Positions 1-8,028 are shown, numbered from the stretch's first letter. The stretch is 20,000 nt of DNA from an uncultured virus (IMG/VR IMGVR_UViG_3300031420_000005) (IMGVR_UViG_3300031420_000005), one strand, 5' to 3'. Translations and numbers: made by a program. Notes: a model not told the origin generated them from the sequence alone.

Positions 1-1
1 C

Positions 2-124
2 GATGAGGAGAACGGAGCTTCCTGGGGCACAGAGAAGTTTTGCCGGCAGTTCCTTGAGGATCTCCTCATGCACTCCGGTGTCGTTCGAGCCCACTTCCTT
101 GAGTTCGCGGGAAGCTTCGAGTGA
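2..124 (+). CDS. 3' end of a hypothetical protein running in from the left edge (…DEENGASWGTEKFCRQFLEDLLMHSGVVRAHFLEFAGSFE*)
   Basis: Frame 2 is open from the window edge to TGA at 122-124; same strand as the next gene. Confidence 0.5.
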   Translation, partial: DEENGASWGTEKFCRQFLEDLLMHSGVVRAHFLEFAGSFE

Positions 125-151
125 CCGTTCGCCATCAGCGATAGGAAGGCC

Positions 152-994
152 ATGACTACTTCAGCCTACGGCGCCCATCTCTCGGGCGGCAAGGATCTTC
201 GACCATCGGCCGTCACCGCAGCCCGCATGGGCTTCGAGGCCTTCCAGGTCTTCCTCCACGGTCCCACGAGCAGTAGGATGCCCACGGGCACAGAAGAGTT
301 CGACGGGCTCTTCAGGGATGCGGTGGAGCTCCTCAATGCCCGGGTCTTCGTCCACGGACCCTATCTCATGAACTTCGGCTCTGCCCGGGAAGAGGTGCGC
401 TCGAGCTCGGTGGAGATGCTTCGCCGCAACCTCGACCGGGCCGCCACCATCGGCGCCGAGGGCGTGGTGTTCCACGGAGGATCGAGCACGGGTGCCTCCC
501 GGCTCGAGGGCCTACGGAGGCTCCACAACAGCCTCATGCCCCTCCTCGACTCCCTTCCCGAAGATGGCCCTCAGGTCATCCTGGAGCCCACGGCCGGCCA
601 GGGCGACAGCCTGGCCTCATCTGTGGACAGCATCAGCGACTATCTCCTCTCGACGCTCAACGGCCATCCCAAGCTCTCCCTGTGCCTTGACACCTGCCAC
701 CTTCTGGCTGCCGGAGAGCCCCTGGACGAGGAAGACGGCGTGGATCAGCTCCTGGAGAAGTTGAAGTCCCACGGGCTCTGGGATAGGGTGCTCCTGTTCC
801 ATGCCAACGACTCAGCCTTCGAGCGCGGATCCCACCGGGATCGCCACGCCAACCTGGGCTACGGCCACGCCCACCCCGAGACCTGGAATCGGCTCATGGA
901 CACCGGTGTTCCACTGATCCTAGAGACTCCGGGAGAGCACTTCCAGTCTGACATCAGCATCCTGCAGGGGCTGCACGAGAGCAAGGAGAACTAA
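152..994 (+). CDS. nfo: Endonuclease IV (AP endonuclease family 2, TIM barrel)
   Basis: Metal-ligand motifs HGPYLMN, VFHGGS, ILEPTAGQG, CLDTCH, HANDS, DRHANLGYG, ILETP in the expected order; SD AGGAAGG upstream. Confidence 0.93.
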   Translation: MTTSAYGAHLSGGKDLRPSAVTAARMGFEAFQVFLHGPTSSRMPTGTEEFDGLFRDAVELLNARVFVHGPYLMNFGSAREEVRSSSVEMLRRNLDRAATIGAEGVVFHGGSSTGASRLEGLRRLHNSLMPLLDSLPEDGPQVILEPTAGQGDSLASSVDSISDYLLSTLNGHPKLSLCLDTCHLLAAGEPLDEEDGVDQLLEKLKSHGLWDRVLLFHANDSAFERGSHRDRHANLGYGHAHPETWNRLMDTGVPLILETPGEHFQSDISILQGLHESKEN

Positions 995-996
995 CC

Positions 997-1155
997 ATGG
1001 AGAATCCAGCAAGCTGGGGACCAGCAGAGCGCACCATCAAGCGAGCCATGGACCGCTACGAGGAAGATCGAGCCAAGGGCGTCATCGGTCTCTCCCCCTA
1101 CGCGGTGATCGCCAACGAGCTCCGGGCAGCCGGGCTCCTCGTGGCCCACGACTGA
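997..1155 (+). CDS. Small hypothetical protein, 52 aa (MENPASWGPAERTIKRAMDRYEEDRAKGVIGLSPYAVIANELRAAGLLVAHD); not in the ORF track
   Basis: SD AAGGAG at the end of nfo, ATG 997; stop overlaps the next ATG (TGATG). Confidence 0.75.
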   Translation: MENPASWGPAERTIKRAMDRYEEDRAKGVIGLSPYAVIANELRAAGLLVAHD

Positions 1156-1325
1156 TGGGCCTGAGACAGCGGCTCACACGCTCCACCGAGCGCCTCGAGG
1201 ACCGCATCGAGCGGCTCCGAGCCAAGGGTGGAAGCCGCCGGGAGCTCAAGGCGGCGAAGCTCGACCTCAAGGCTGAGCTCAACCGCACCGTCCTTCGGGA
1301 CTGGGACGACGAGCGCTGGGGCTGA
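1155..1325 (+). CDS. Small basic helical protein, 56 aa (MGLRQRLTRSTERLEDRIERLRAKGGSRRELKAAKLDLKAELNRTVLRDWDDERWG); not in the ORF track
   Basis: TGATG translational coupling; codon usage like neighbours. Confidence 0.7.
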   Translation: MGLRQRLTRSTERLEDRIERLRAKGGSRRELKAAKLDLKAELNRTVLRDWDDERWG

Positions 1326-1327
1326 TC

Positions 1328-1462
1328 GTGGGAAAGAGCATCGAGGAGCTCCTCCAGAGTCGCCCAGTAAACCGAACCAAGATCGACGCTGAGAAGGCTC
1401 GGCTACTCGCACTCGTCGAAGAGCACCAGCAAGCACAGACAGAATCTAAGGAGAACGACTGA
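1328..1462 (+). CDS. Small protein, 44 aa (MGKSIEELLQSRPVNRTKIDAEKARLLALVEEHQQAQTESKEND), resembling the N-terminus of actinobacterial HigA/XRE antitoxins; not in the ORF track
   Basis: GTG 2 nt after the previous stop; TGA overlaps ATG 1462; fills the operon gap exactly. Confidence 0.6.
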   Translation: MGKSIEELLQSRPVNRTKIDAEKARLLALVEEHQQAQTESKEND

Positions 1463-1686
1463 TGGGACGCATCGACCTCAAGCAACTTCGAGCTGCCGTC
1501 GGGCGCGGGTTCAAGAAGTACGGTGAGAGTGAGCAGCTCAAGCTCATCCGCATCAACATCAAGCACTTCGAGAAGCTCGCCACTCGAGCCTACCGGAGTA
1601 GAGACATCGTGGGCTTCAACGCCCTGAGGGCCAAGGCCGAGCTCTGGAGGCAGGCCGAGGCCAAGCACCTGGCGGGGGCCGCCTGA
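1462..1686 (+). CDS. Small basic hypothetical protein, 74 aa
   Basis: SD AAGGAG; TGATG overlaps at both ends. Confidence 0.75.
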   Translation: MGRIDLKQLRAAVGRGFKKYGESEQLKLIRINIKHFEKLATRAYRSRDIVGFNALRAKAELWRQAEAKHLAGAA

Positions 1687-1904
1687 TGGGGATCTGGGAC
1701 CGGCTCGGCTCCGCTCAGAATCGGCTGTTCAACAGGCGGGCCAATCGAGCAGCCAACAGGCGTGCAACGCTCATCGCCAAGGCTGAGCTCTACGAGAAGA
1801 TGGCCGAGCTCAGCGCCCTGGATGGCACCGCCCAGGGTGAGGGCACCAGTGAATGGGCCCGGGCCGAGGCGAAGAGGCTCCGCATCGAGGCAGAGCTCAT
1901 CTAG
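1686..1904 (+). CDS. Small helical hypothetical protein, 72 aa
   Basis: TGATG coupling; codon usage. Confidence 0.75.
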   Translation: MGIWDRLGSAQNRLFNRRANRAANRRATLIAKAELYEKMAELSALDGTAQGEGTSEWARAEAKRLRIEAELI

Positions 1905-1958
1905 GCTAACCGTTCGATAGGGTAACCACAGAACTCCAGCCCAGCGGAAAGGATCAGC

Positions 1959-2333
1959 ATGCTCGGCTTCAGCCTCACGATCAGTGAGCTCAAGGCACAG
2001 CCCACTCGAAGGCTCCATCGCATCATCGAGGACGCAGCTGACCACAGGGAGATTCCTGGGATCATCCGCTACGAGCTCCAGGGTCAGCAGGTCAGCTACA
2101 TCGAGAAGATCACGCCCTGGTGGTGCGCTGGCAAGCTCATAGAGCTCGTGGAGGACCACCGGATCAACGGAGCCATCATGCTCTACCGGGGAGGATACCC
2201 CTTCCTCTTCACAGTGCGAGGTCGAGACATCATCGACTCCATTGTCAATGTGGAGGGTAGCCGCCACACTGACCTGGTCCATGTGCTCCAGCCCGAGACC
2301 ATGTACCTTCTCGAAGCCTGGGATCAGAGCTGA
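1959..2333 (+). CDS. Hypothetical protein, 124 aa
   Basis: SD GAAAGGA; codon usage. Confidence 0.75.
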   Translation: MLGFSLTISELKAQPTRRLHRIIEDAADHREIPGIIRYELQGQQVSYIEKITPWWCAGKLIELVEDHRINGAIMLYRGGYPFLFTVRGRDIIDSIVNVEGSRHTDLVHVLQPETMYLLEAWDQS

Positions 2334-2391
2334 TCGCAGCCTTCCACCATTCATAGCCAACCAGCCTCCGAGGCTGAGAACGGAGCCTCCC

Positions 2392-3378
2392 ATGGCCTTC
2401 TCCATCGACCCAGCACTGCGCTTCTCCCCCGTGGTGGCCTTCGATGTGGACGGTGTGCTCCGAGTGCGAAAGATTCCGGAGCGCCGAGGATCCGCAATCA
2501 TCGAGCAGGGTGGGCTCATCGATCTGGAGATCACCCTGGAGCAGGAGGAGTATCCCTCCATCTACCACGGGCAGCCCAAGTGGGACGAGCGCGGCAAGAG
2601 CACCCGCATCGAGAGCTTCTCTCAGGCGGCAGTGGAGCTCATCCGCAGCCTGGCTGAAGATCCTCGCGCTGAGCCCGTCTACGCCACCACCTGGCAGCGC
2701 TGGGCCAACTACTACTTCAACTCGGCCCTGGATCTTCCGGAGCTCCCCGTGGCCGTCGAGACCCTGGATCCGCCGGAGCTCAACTACGCCCACTGCTCTC
2801 CCGCCTGGAAGACCGCCCAGCTCGCTCGACAGTTCGACGGTAGGCCTCTGCTCTGGATCGATGACAACATGCCGGACCGGGACAGCGAGGATCTCGCGAG
2901 CCTGAGAAGGCCCATCGACCGGGGAATCACCCGGAGCTTCCAGGTCAGCCCCTGGACTGGGATAACCCCAGAGGACATCGGGAAGATCATGGACTGGGTG
3001 GAGCTTGCGAGCACCCCAGAGGGCCAGAAGAAGCTCCGAGCACAGCGCCAGGCTCAGGTCAGCTACGAGCGCCAGCAGCTGGCCAAGTTCCTACGACAGC
3101 GAGATCGAGAGCGTCAGGCCTTTGAGACCGTTCGGGATCGCACCCTGGAGCTCTACCCGGAGTACGGCAAGCGCTTCGCCACGGCCATCGGGAGTATCGG
3201 CCAGAGCAAGCGTGGGCTCTCGGTGACCAATGTGACTCGGCTCCTTCAGCGCCATCCCTATGTGCCGATGGATCCAGCTGAGCTCGCCGCCAGCCTGCGG
3301 ATTCCTCGCTACCACCTCCGGGATCTCAACGAGGCGGAAGATCGGGATGCTGGCTTCGACGAGCGCTACGACTTCTAG
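2392..3378 (+). CDS. HAD-superfamily hydrolase (Swiss-Army-knife RNA-repair-like HAD domain) with a basic C-terminal extension
   Basis: Motif I AFDVDGVL, motif II ATTW, conserved K (AWKT), motif IV LLWIDD; start moved to ATG 2392 (GGAG upstream, avoids overlapping the previous gene). Confidence 0.75.
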   Translation: MAFSIDPALRFSPVVAFDVDGVLRVRKIPERRGSAIIEQGGLIDLEITLEQEEYPSIYHGQPKWDERGKSTRIESFSQAAVELIRSLAEDPRAEPVYATTWQRWANYYFNSALDLPELPVAVETLDPPELNYAHCSPAWKTAQLARQFDGRPLLWIDDNMPDRDSEDLASLRRPIDRGITRSFQVSPWTGITPEDIGKIMDWVELASTPEGQKKLRAQRQAQVSYERQQLAKFLRQRDRERQAFETVRDRTLELYPEYGKRFATAIGSIGQSKRGLSVTNVTRLLQRHPYVPMDPAELAASLRIPRYHLRDLNEAEDRDAGFDERYDF

Positions 3379-3380
3379 GC

Positions 3381-3411
3381 CCCTAGGAGCCTTCCTGAGC
3401 GACTTCTAGGG
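3381..3411 (+). terminator. Stem-loop after the HAD gene
   Basis: CCCTAGGAG…CTTCTAGGG imperfect inverted repeat right after the stop. Confidence 0.4.
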
Positions 3412-3561
3412 TTCCCGTGCGTCATCGCTCGCCGGAGATCACAGTGCGCCTTAGATGGGCAGCTACTGTCGACTGACTTCAGCTGACGATAGGTGGTGCC
3501 GACGGTCTTCCTGGATCGTCTCTGAACTGGCGAGAACCAGACCACTGAAAGGACGGCCACC

Positions 3562-4590
3562 ATGGCCAAGAAGCCAAAGCGCGGAAGCTACCTCAATCTC
3601 GAGGATGTGCGGGTCTTCTACGACGCGAAGTCGGACACAGTATCGCTCACTTCCGGCGGCAGGGATCTACCCGAAGCCGGTGGGCTGAAGATCGATCTCA
3701 GCCCCGGCACTCAGCCAGAGCGTCAGCTCCGAGAGCTCCTCAAGGTCAAGGGTGTGATTCGTGAGGATCTCTGGCCTCGAGTGACGCGAGGAGACACCTT
3801 CGAGAGCATCGTGAGCTCACAGGAAGATCAGCTCCATCTCGGCACCAACATCAACGGTGAGTCCGTGGAGTGGAACCTCAACTCTTACCGAAACCTCTGG
3901 GTCCACGGGGCAACCGGTGGCGGCGCTTCTCTTCTCTCTCGAGCGGCTATTCAGCACGGATTCGTCCATGGCTGGGAGATCTTCGGCATCGATCCCCGTC
4001 GAGTAGAGCTCGAAGAGATCAGCAAGTACCCCGTGGGCAGAACAGTAGCCAAAGACACCCAGGAAGCACTGAACCTCCTCGACAGCATCAGCAGGCTTGC
4101 CGAGGAGCGCATCAGCTTCCTGGAGGGTCAGAATGTGTTGAGCACTCGAGACCTTCCCGGAGACCTGCAGCCACGCAAAGTGCTCCTCATCATCGACTCA
4201 GTCGAGCTCCTCCTTGAGTCTGCCAGCCCCGATGATCAGGCAAAGCTTCTCGCGAGCCTCGAAAGGCTTAGCTGGCTAGGTAGGCCAGTGGGAGTTCATG
4301 TGCTCCTGAGCTCCAAGTCTCAGCCTCGAGACCTCCAGCGCACTGACGCTGACGAGCTCAAGAAGATTCAGGCCTCCTGTGCCCACATCGTCTGCGGTAA
4401 CTACTACCAGGATCGGCTTCCCGAAGGCCTGCGAGAGCGCTACAGGCCCAATCGAGGTCGAGGCATGGGTAGAGCTCAGTTCATTCTCGGTGGTCCATCG
4501 ATGGCTACGCTAGAGTTCCAGCTCGGTCTGGCTCTCGATGCGCCCAGAGAATTCATCGAGGCGCTGCGAGCCCACCGACGAGGCTACTGA
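3562..4590 (+). CDS. FtsK/SpoIIIE-like P-loop domain protein, probably catalytically degenerate, with an extra ~70-aa N-terminal domain
   Basis: LGTNINGESVEWNL…NLWVHGATGGGAS (Walker A lacking Lys), IDPRRVEL, LLIIDS (Walker B lacking Glu), LGRPVGVHVLL; SD GAAAGGA. Confidence 0.7.
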   Translation: MAKKPKRGSYLNLEDVRVFYDAKSDTVSLTSGGRDLPEAGGLKIDLSPGTQPERQLRELLKVKGVIREDLWPRVTRGDTFESIVSSQEDQLHLGTNINGESVEWNLNSYRNLWVHGATGGGASLLSRAAIQHGFVHGWEIFGIDPRRVELEEISKYPVGRTVAKDTQEALNLLDSISRLAEERISFLEGQNVLSTRDLPGDLQPRKVLLIIDSVELLLESASPDDQAKLLASLERLSWLGRPVGVHVLLSSKSQPRDLQRTDADELKKIQASCAHIVCGNYYQDRLPEGLRERYRPNRGRGMGRAQFILGGPSMATLEFQLGLALDAPREFIEALRAHRRGY

Positions 4591-4599
4591 CTCTTCCTA

Positions 4600-4647
4600 T
4601 TGACCTTCCTGGAGTCTTCGTGTATGGTCAACCGAAGACTCCAGGAA
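4600..4647 (+). promoter_or_regulatory. SigA-like promoter TTGACC-N17-TATGGT inside a perfect 15-bp inverted repeat
   Basis: -35 4600-4605; -10 4623-4628; arms TTCCTGGAGTCTTCG 4606-4620 / CGAAGACTCCAGGAA 4633-4647. Confidence 0.65.
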
Positions 4648-4662
4648 AGGGAGATCCACCTC

Positions 4663-5064
4663 GTGAAGAGAATCCTCGCGGCAACCGCTGTTGCCCTCGG
4701 CGCTCTGGCAGTGCTCGCAGGCTGCGCTCCGGCCATCACCGCCGGTACCATCGCCACCAAGCAGTACACCGCTGCCTACGACAAGATGGTCAACGAGTGC
4801 ACTGCCCACGGCTATGTGCAGGAGTACGGCTACCACCTCGATCCCGCTACTGGCCAGTACAAGAACGGCTACCGGTCAGTCTACAAGTGCGTTCGCTACG
4901 AGGATGTGAAGCACCACATCCCGGCGAGCTACAAGTTCGTGCTCACCGACACCGAGGGCGACAAGGAAGTGACCGCCACCTTTGAGGTTCCCAAGGACAT
5001 CTTCGAGAAGGCCCACGAGGGCTACTTCTACGACAGCGAGACCAAGGAGCTCTCGGCGCGCTGA
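4663..5064 (+). CDS. Putative lipoprotein
   Basis: GTG start after GAAAGGGAG; signal peptide MKRILAATAVALGALAVLAG-C with lipobox LAGC. Confidence 0.8.
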   Translation: MKRILAATAVALGALAVLAGCAPAITAGTIATKQYTAAYDKMVNECTAHGYVQEYGYHLDPATGQYKNGYRSVYKCVRYEDVKHHIPASYKFVLTDTEGDKEVTATFEVPKDIFEKAHEGYFYDSETKELSAR

Positions 5065-5103
5065 TCCTGCGGGCTCGGAGATGCTGAGAAGCTCTGGGAA
5101 GTG

Positions 5104-5153
5104 TGGTTGCGAGGCTGGCTCCGTCGTGCAATGATGGTTCCACACCACACCAC
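5104..5153 (+). promoter_or_regulatory. Promoter/leader motif TGGTTGCG…GTGCAATG…CACACCACACCAC (copy 1)
   Basis: Same blocks at identical spacing at 6242-6291. Confidence 0.6.
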
Positions 5154-5181
5154 CGAATCTTCTCCTCGAAGGAGCATTCCC

Positions 5182-5484
5182 ATGGACATCAGCGGCATCT
5201 ACAACGAGACCCCGATCATCGAGACCACCGACCCCGCCACCACGGCTCAGACCGGCTGGGGTCTCATGTGGGTCGAGGCGAAGCTCGAGGACCTCAAGCC
5301 CGGCATGACCGTGCGCTTCGAGGACGAGATGACCACCGGCGAGACCATCGTGAGCACCCTGCGGATCGAGAACTTCAGCAGCGTGGAGGAGGCACTGGTT
5401 GCCGATGCGATCTACCCCAACGCTCAGGTCGGCCATGTCTTCAACGACTTCCGGAAGGTGAGCTACCTGCGCCTCGCCTACTGA
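5182..5484 (+). CDS. Hypothetical acidic protein, 100 aa
   Basis: SD GAAGGAG before ATG 5182; codon usage. Confidence 0.8.
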   Translation: MDISGIYNETPIIETTDPATTAQTGWGLMWVEAKLEDLKPGMTVRFEDEMTTGETIVSTLRIENFSSVEEALVADAIYPNAQVGHVFNDFRKVSYLRLAY

Positions 5485-5517
5485 CCATCGAACAACTCTT
5501 GCTGAGCTCTCGGCACA

Positions 5518-5551
5518 ATGGCCCGGAGGGATTCCCTTCCTTCCGGGCCAT
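5518..5551 (+). terminator. Stem-loop, probable terminator
   Basis: ATGGCCCGGAGGGA…TCCTTCCGGGCCAT. Confidence 0.55.
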
Positions 5552-5571
5552 CGAAGTGTGAGGAGTAGTCC

Positions 5572-5790
5572 ATGGGTAAGCGTGGAAGCATGGAGATCGA
5601 GCTCTCTGAGGAGATAGTAGCAGTCCTCGGTGAGATGGCGATGAAATCGGGCTCAAAGAGCATCTTCGAGAAGCTCAAGCGCTCCGTCGAGCTCCGGCGG
5701 TTCCTTCTAGCCAAGATCGATGAGGGCAACGCCATCAAGCTCATCGATCCTGAGCGTCCGAGCGATGTGACTGTGGTCGTCTACTCCTGA
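5572..5790 (+). CDS. Small protein, possibly a ribbon-helix-helix (CopG-like) DNA-binding protein
   Basis: SD GAGGAG; alternating strand MEIEL followed by two predicted helices; fold is inferred. Confidence 0.55.
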   Translation: MGKRGSMEIELSEEIVAVLGEMAMKSGSKSIFEKLKRSVELRRFLLAKIDEGNAIKLIDPERPSDVTVVVYS

Positions 5791-5801
5791 ACCTTTGGCC
5801 A

Positions 5802-5853
5802 TTGCGCTGAGCTCGATGGCCGTGTACAGTGAGTCTCACCACATCCACTGTAC
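5802..5853 (+). promoter_or_regulatory. SigA-like promoter TTGCGC-N17-TACAGT with downstream complement of the -10 region
   Basis: -35 5802-5807; -10 5825-5830; GTACAGTG 5824-5831 / CACTGTAC 5846-5853. Confidence 0.55.
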
Positions 5854-5869
5854 TCACCTGGAGAACACC

Positions 5870-6136
5870 ATGGCAACCGCCGTCGCAGAGCTGAGCTTCG
5901 CCGAAGAGGTCCTCGCTCGAGCCAAAGAGTCGGACTTCACCAAGCGCGAGCTCACGAGCCTCAAGCGTGTGCTGGCCAAGAAGAGCAACGGTGACATCCT
6001 TGAGGCGGTTCGCCGGCTCAGCAACATCAGCAGTGGGGTGGATGCAGATGCCTTCGTGGGGCTTCTCTACAGCCTCACTGACACGCAGCTCTCAGATTTC
6101 GAGCGCACCCTGAAGGTCATCGACGGCTGGGACTGA
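5870..6136 (+). CDS. Hypothetical helical protein, 88 aa
   Basis: SD GGAGA before ATG 5870. Confidence 0.75.
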   Translation: MATAVAELSFAEEVLARAKESDFTKRELTSLKRVLAKKSNGDILEAVRRLSNISSGVDADAFVGLLYSLTDTQLSDFERTLKVIDGWD

Positions 6137-6169
6137 GTTCCTGCTATCAGCTGATACCCATCTGCTCGG

Positions 6170-6216
6170 AGGCGTCCCTCGTTCGACTCTAAGCGGCCTG
6201 CGAGGGGCGCCTTTCT
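6170..6216 (+). terminator. Intrinsic terminator
   Basis: AGGCGTCCCTCG…CGAGGGGCGCCT followed by TTCT. Confidence 0.55.
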
Positions 6217-6241
6217 CACGGCTGACAAGTCCTGAAACTGA

Positions 6242-6291
6242 TGGTTGCGGTCCTGGGCTAGAGGTGTAATGTGGTTTTCACACCACACCAC
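6242..6291 (+). promoter_or_regulatory. Promoter/leader motif TGGTTGCG…GTGTAATG…CACACCACACCAC (copy 2)
   Basis: Matches 5104-5153. Confidence 0.6.
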
Positions 6292-6314
6292 AGATCGAAA
6301 CGGGAAACCAGCTC

Positions 6315-6578
6315 ATGGACATCAACATCACCGACTCCGACCGCATGGAGATGCACCGCCTCGGCAAGGAGGCCATGGACCAGGAGGGCGTCATCGGCGG
6401 GAAGCCCGTCGCTGCAGCTGCGGAGCTCATGCTCACGGCTAACTACGCGGAGCAGAAGGAGCTCAAGGGTGAGTTCATGACTGGCCTGACCCTGGGCGCC
6501 TACTACACCGAGAACCGCGCCATGAAGACCCTCCTCGTCCTCGGCAACAACATCAGTCGCCGAAGCTCTGCCGCCTAG
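6315..6578 (+). CDS. Hypothetical protein, 87 aa
   Basis: Codon usage; follows the promoter motif. Confidence 0.75.
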   Translation: MDINITDSDRMEMHRLGKEAMDQEGVIGGKPVAAAAELMLTANYAEQKELKGEFMTGLTLGAYYTENRAMKTLLVLGNNISRRSSAA

Positions 6579-6618
6579 GACGCAGCTACTCCACTCTCAA
6601 CCACCGAAAGGATCACCC

Positions 6619-6930
6619 ATGGTTTCCAAGAAGCTCCTCATGCTCAGTGCTCTCGCACTCACTCTTTCCCTCGGCCTCGTGGGCTGCAGCGAGACCACCG
6701 GCGACCGGGATGGAGGCGCAGGCAACAAGGCGGACAGCTACGCCGACGCCACCAATGTGAAGGTCTTCAAGAACGCGGACAGCGTGCCCAATGTGGCCTT
6801 CTTCTGCCTCGGTGACACGGGTTGGGCATCCACGCTCTCAGGTTCCGATGCGGGCGAGAACAAGGCGGCTACTCTGGTCCGCAACCCGGACTACGACTCG
6901 ACCTGCACGGGCGTTTCAGAGCCCAAGTAA
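6619..6930 (+). CDS. Putative lipoprotein
   Basis: SD GAAAGGA; MVSKKLLMLSALALTLSLGLVG-C lipobox. Confidence 0.8.
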   Translation: MVSKKLLMLSALALTLSLGLVGCSETTGDRDGGAGNKADSYADATNVKVFKNADSVPNVAFFCLGDTGWASTLSGSDAGENKAATLVRNPDYDSTCTGVSEPK

Positions 6931-7111
6931 CCGCGGGAGCACTGCTGTAGCCTAGCTCAAAATCTTCGGGCAAAGTTGCAGTAGGCATCGTCATGAGTTT
7001 TTAGATACCATCGCCGAATACACCCGCTATCCTGACCGGGAAGGCGCGCTCAAGGGAGAGACGCTCGAAGGTCGCCTAGCCAACCGCGGGTGGGGGAAAC
7101 GGATCAGAACC

Positions 7112-7444
7112 ATGAGCAACGAGGTTGTAGCCTTCAGAGGGAAGCTCGCACCGGTAGATCTCCAGGGCAAGACAGTCGACAGCTGGATTCAGGAGAGGCT
7201 CGGCACGAGCTACCTCGACGGCTCCTACCGGAACTGGGCAGAGGCACTCGAGGATGAGTGCTACGGCCAGTACCTCTTCCACGAGGAGACCGGCAGACTC
7301 TACGAGGTGCAGCGAGAGAAGCTGCAGCCCGAGGGCTTCGTGCAGTCCACCACCAATCCCGACGGCACCATCGACTTCGTGATGAGCTACTACGGCGACA
7401 GTGCTCGGTTCCGGGACTTCGCTGGGGGTATCCTCGCCCACTGA
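7112..7444 (+). CDS. Hypothetical protein, paralog of 11320-11673
   Basis: Shared RGKLxPVxL, WIQxRxG, LYExQRExL, DGxxDFxxSYY. Confidence 0.8.
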   Translation: MSNEVVAFRGKLAPVDLQGKTVDSWIQERLGTSYLDGSYRNWAEALEDECYGQYLFHEETGRLYEVQREKLQPEGFVQSTTNPDGTIDFVMSYYGDSARFRDFAGGILAH

Positions 7445-7458
7445 GGCCAGAGGGATCA

Positions 7459-7497
7459 TTGCGGATTCCGTCGAATCCGTGTAGGATTGGCGACGGA
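7459..7497 (+). promoter_or_regulatory. SigA-like promoter TTGCGG-N17-TAGGAT within an inverted repeat
   Basis: -35 7459-7464; -10 7482-7487; arms TCCGTCG 7467-7473 / CGACGGA 7491-7497 plus AATCC/GGATT. Confidence 0.6.
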
Positions 7498-7545
7498 GTG
7501 TGATCAGATGCTCCATCGCCATTCTGCTACCCAGAGGAGTCTTTC

Positions 7546-8028
7546 TTGGCCGAATCAGCTGAAGTAGCCCAGCCCGTAGTCGGAATCTGGCAGTTCGTCG
7601 AGACCAACGAATGGGAGGGCGAGAGGTGGACGAGCTTCTTCGAGGTCACCGATCCCGAGGTTCAGGCAGCCCTTGAGGAGCTTCGACCGATGGTCAACTC
7701 CGAGGACATGAGCTCCTACAAGCTCCTCCCCATCGACAGGATGCCCGCAGAGGATGAGCTCGACGACGGCATGCCCACCGAGTGCGACTTCGACATGGAG
7801 GATGGCGAAAGCTGTGGAGACTGCGGCTACTGCTGTGGCTACGAGCCTTACTTCCCTCCTGAGTCGATCTACGGCCCTCCCAACCTCTACCGGGTTCGCA
7901 AGGCCGTCGACTTCTGGAGCGACCCCAAGGAGGCCGAGAGCAGGAGGCTCTCTGATCCGCTCTACAAGTTCGGTCTCTACGACGACGAGCCTAAGCCTCA
8001 GTTCGTCAACGGTCGCTACACCTACTGA
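7546..8028 (+). CDS. Acidic hypothetical protein with a Cys-rich insert; paralog of 8147-8608
   Basis: TTG start after AGAGGAG; WxFxExNEWEGExW and DPLYKxGLxD shared with the next gene. Confidence 0.8.
   Translation: MAESAEVAQPVVGIWQFVETNEWEGERWTSFFEVTDPEVQAALEELRPMVNSEDMSSYKLLPIDRMPAEDELDDGMPTECDFDMEDGESCGDCGYCCGYEPYFPPESIYGPPNLYRVRKAVDFWSDPKEAESRRLSDPLYKFGLYDDEPKPQFVNGRYTY

Noticed and set aside
2242..2391. Upstream starts given by the ORF track for the HAD gene (similarly 4600, 5101, 5795, 8093, 13607, 19323)
   Set aside because: They overlap upstream genes, promoters or leaders; downstream starts have better SDs or signal peptides
7780..7840. Calling 7546-8028 a ferredoxin from CGDCGYCC
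   Set aside because: The motif is a short insert absent from the paralog and lacks the rest of a ferredoxin pattern
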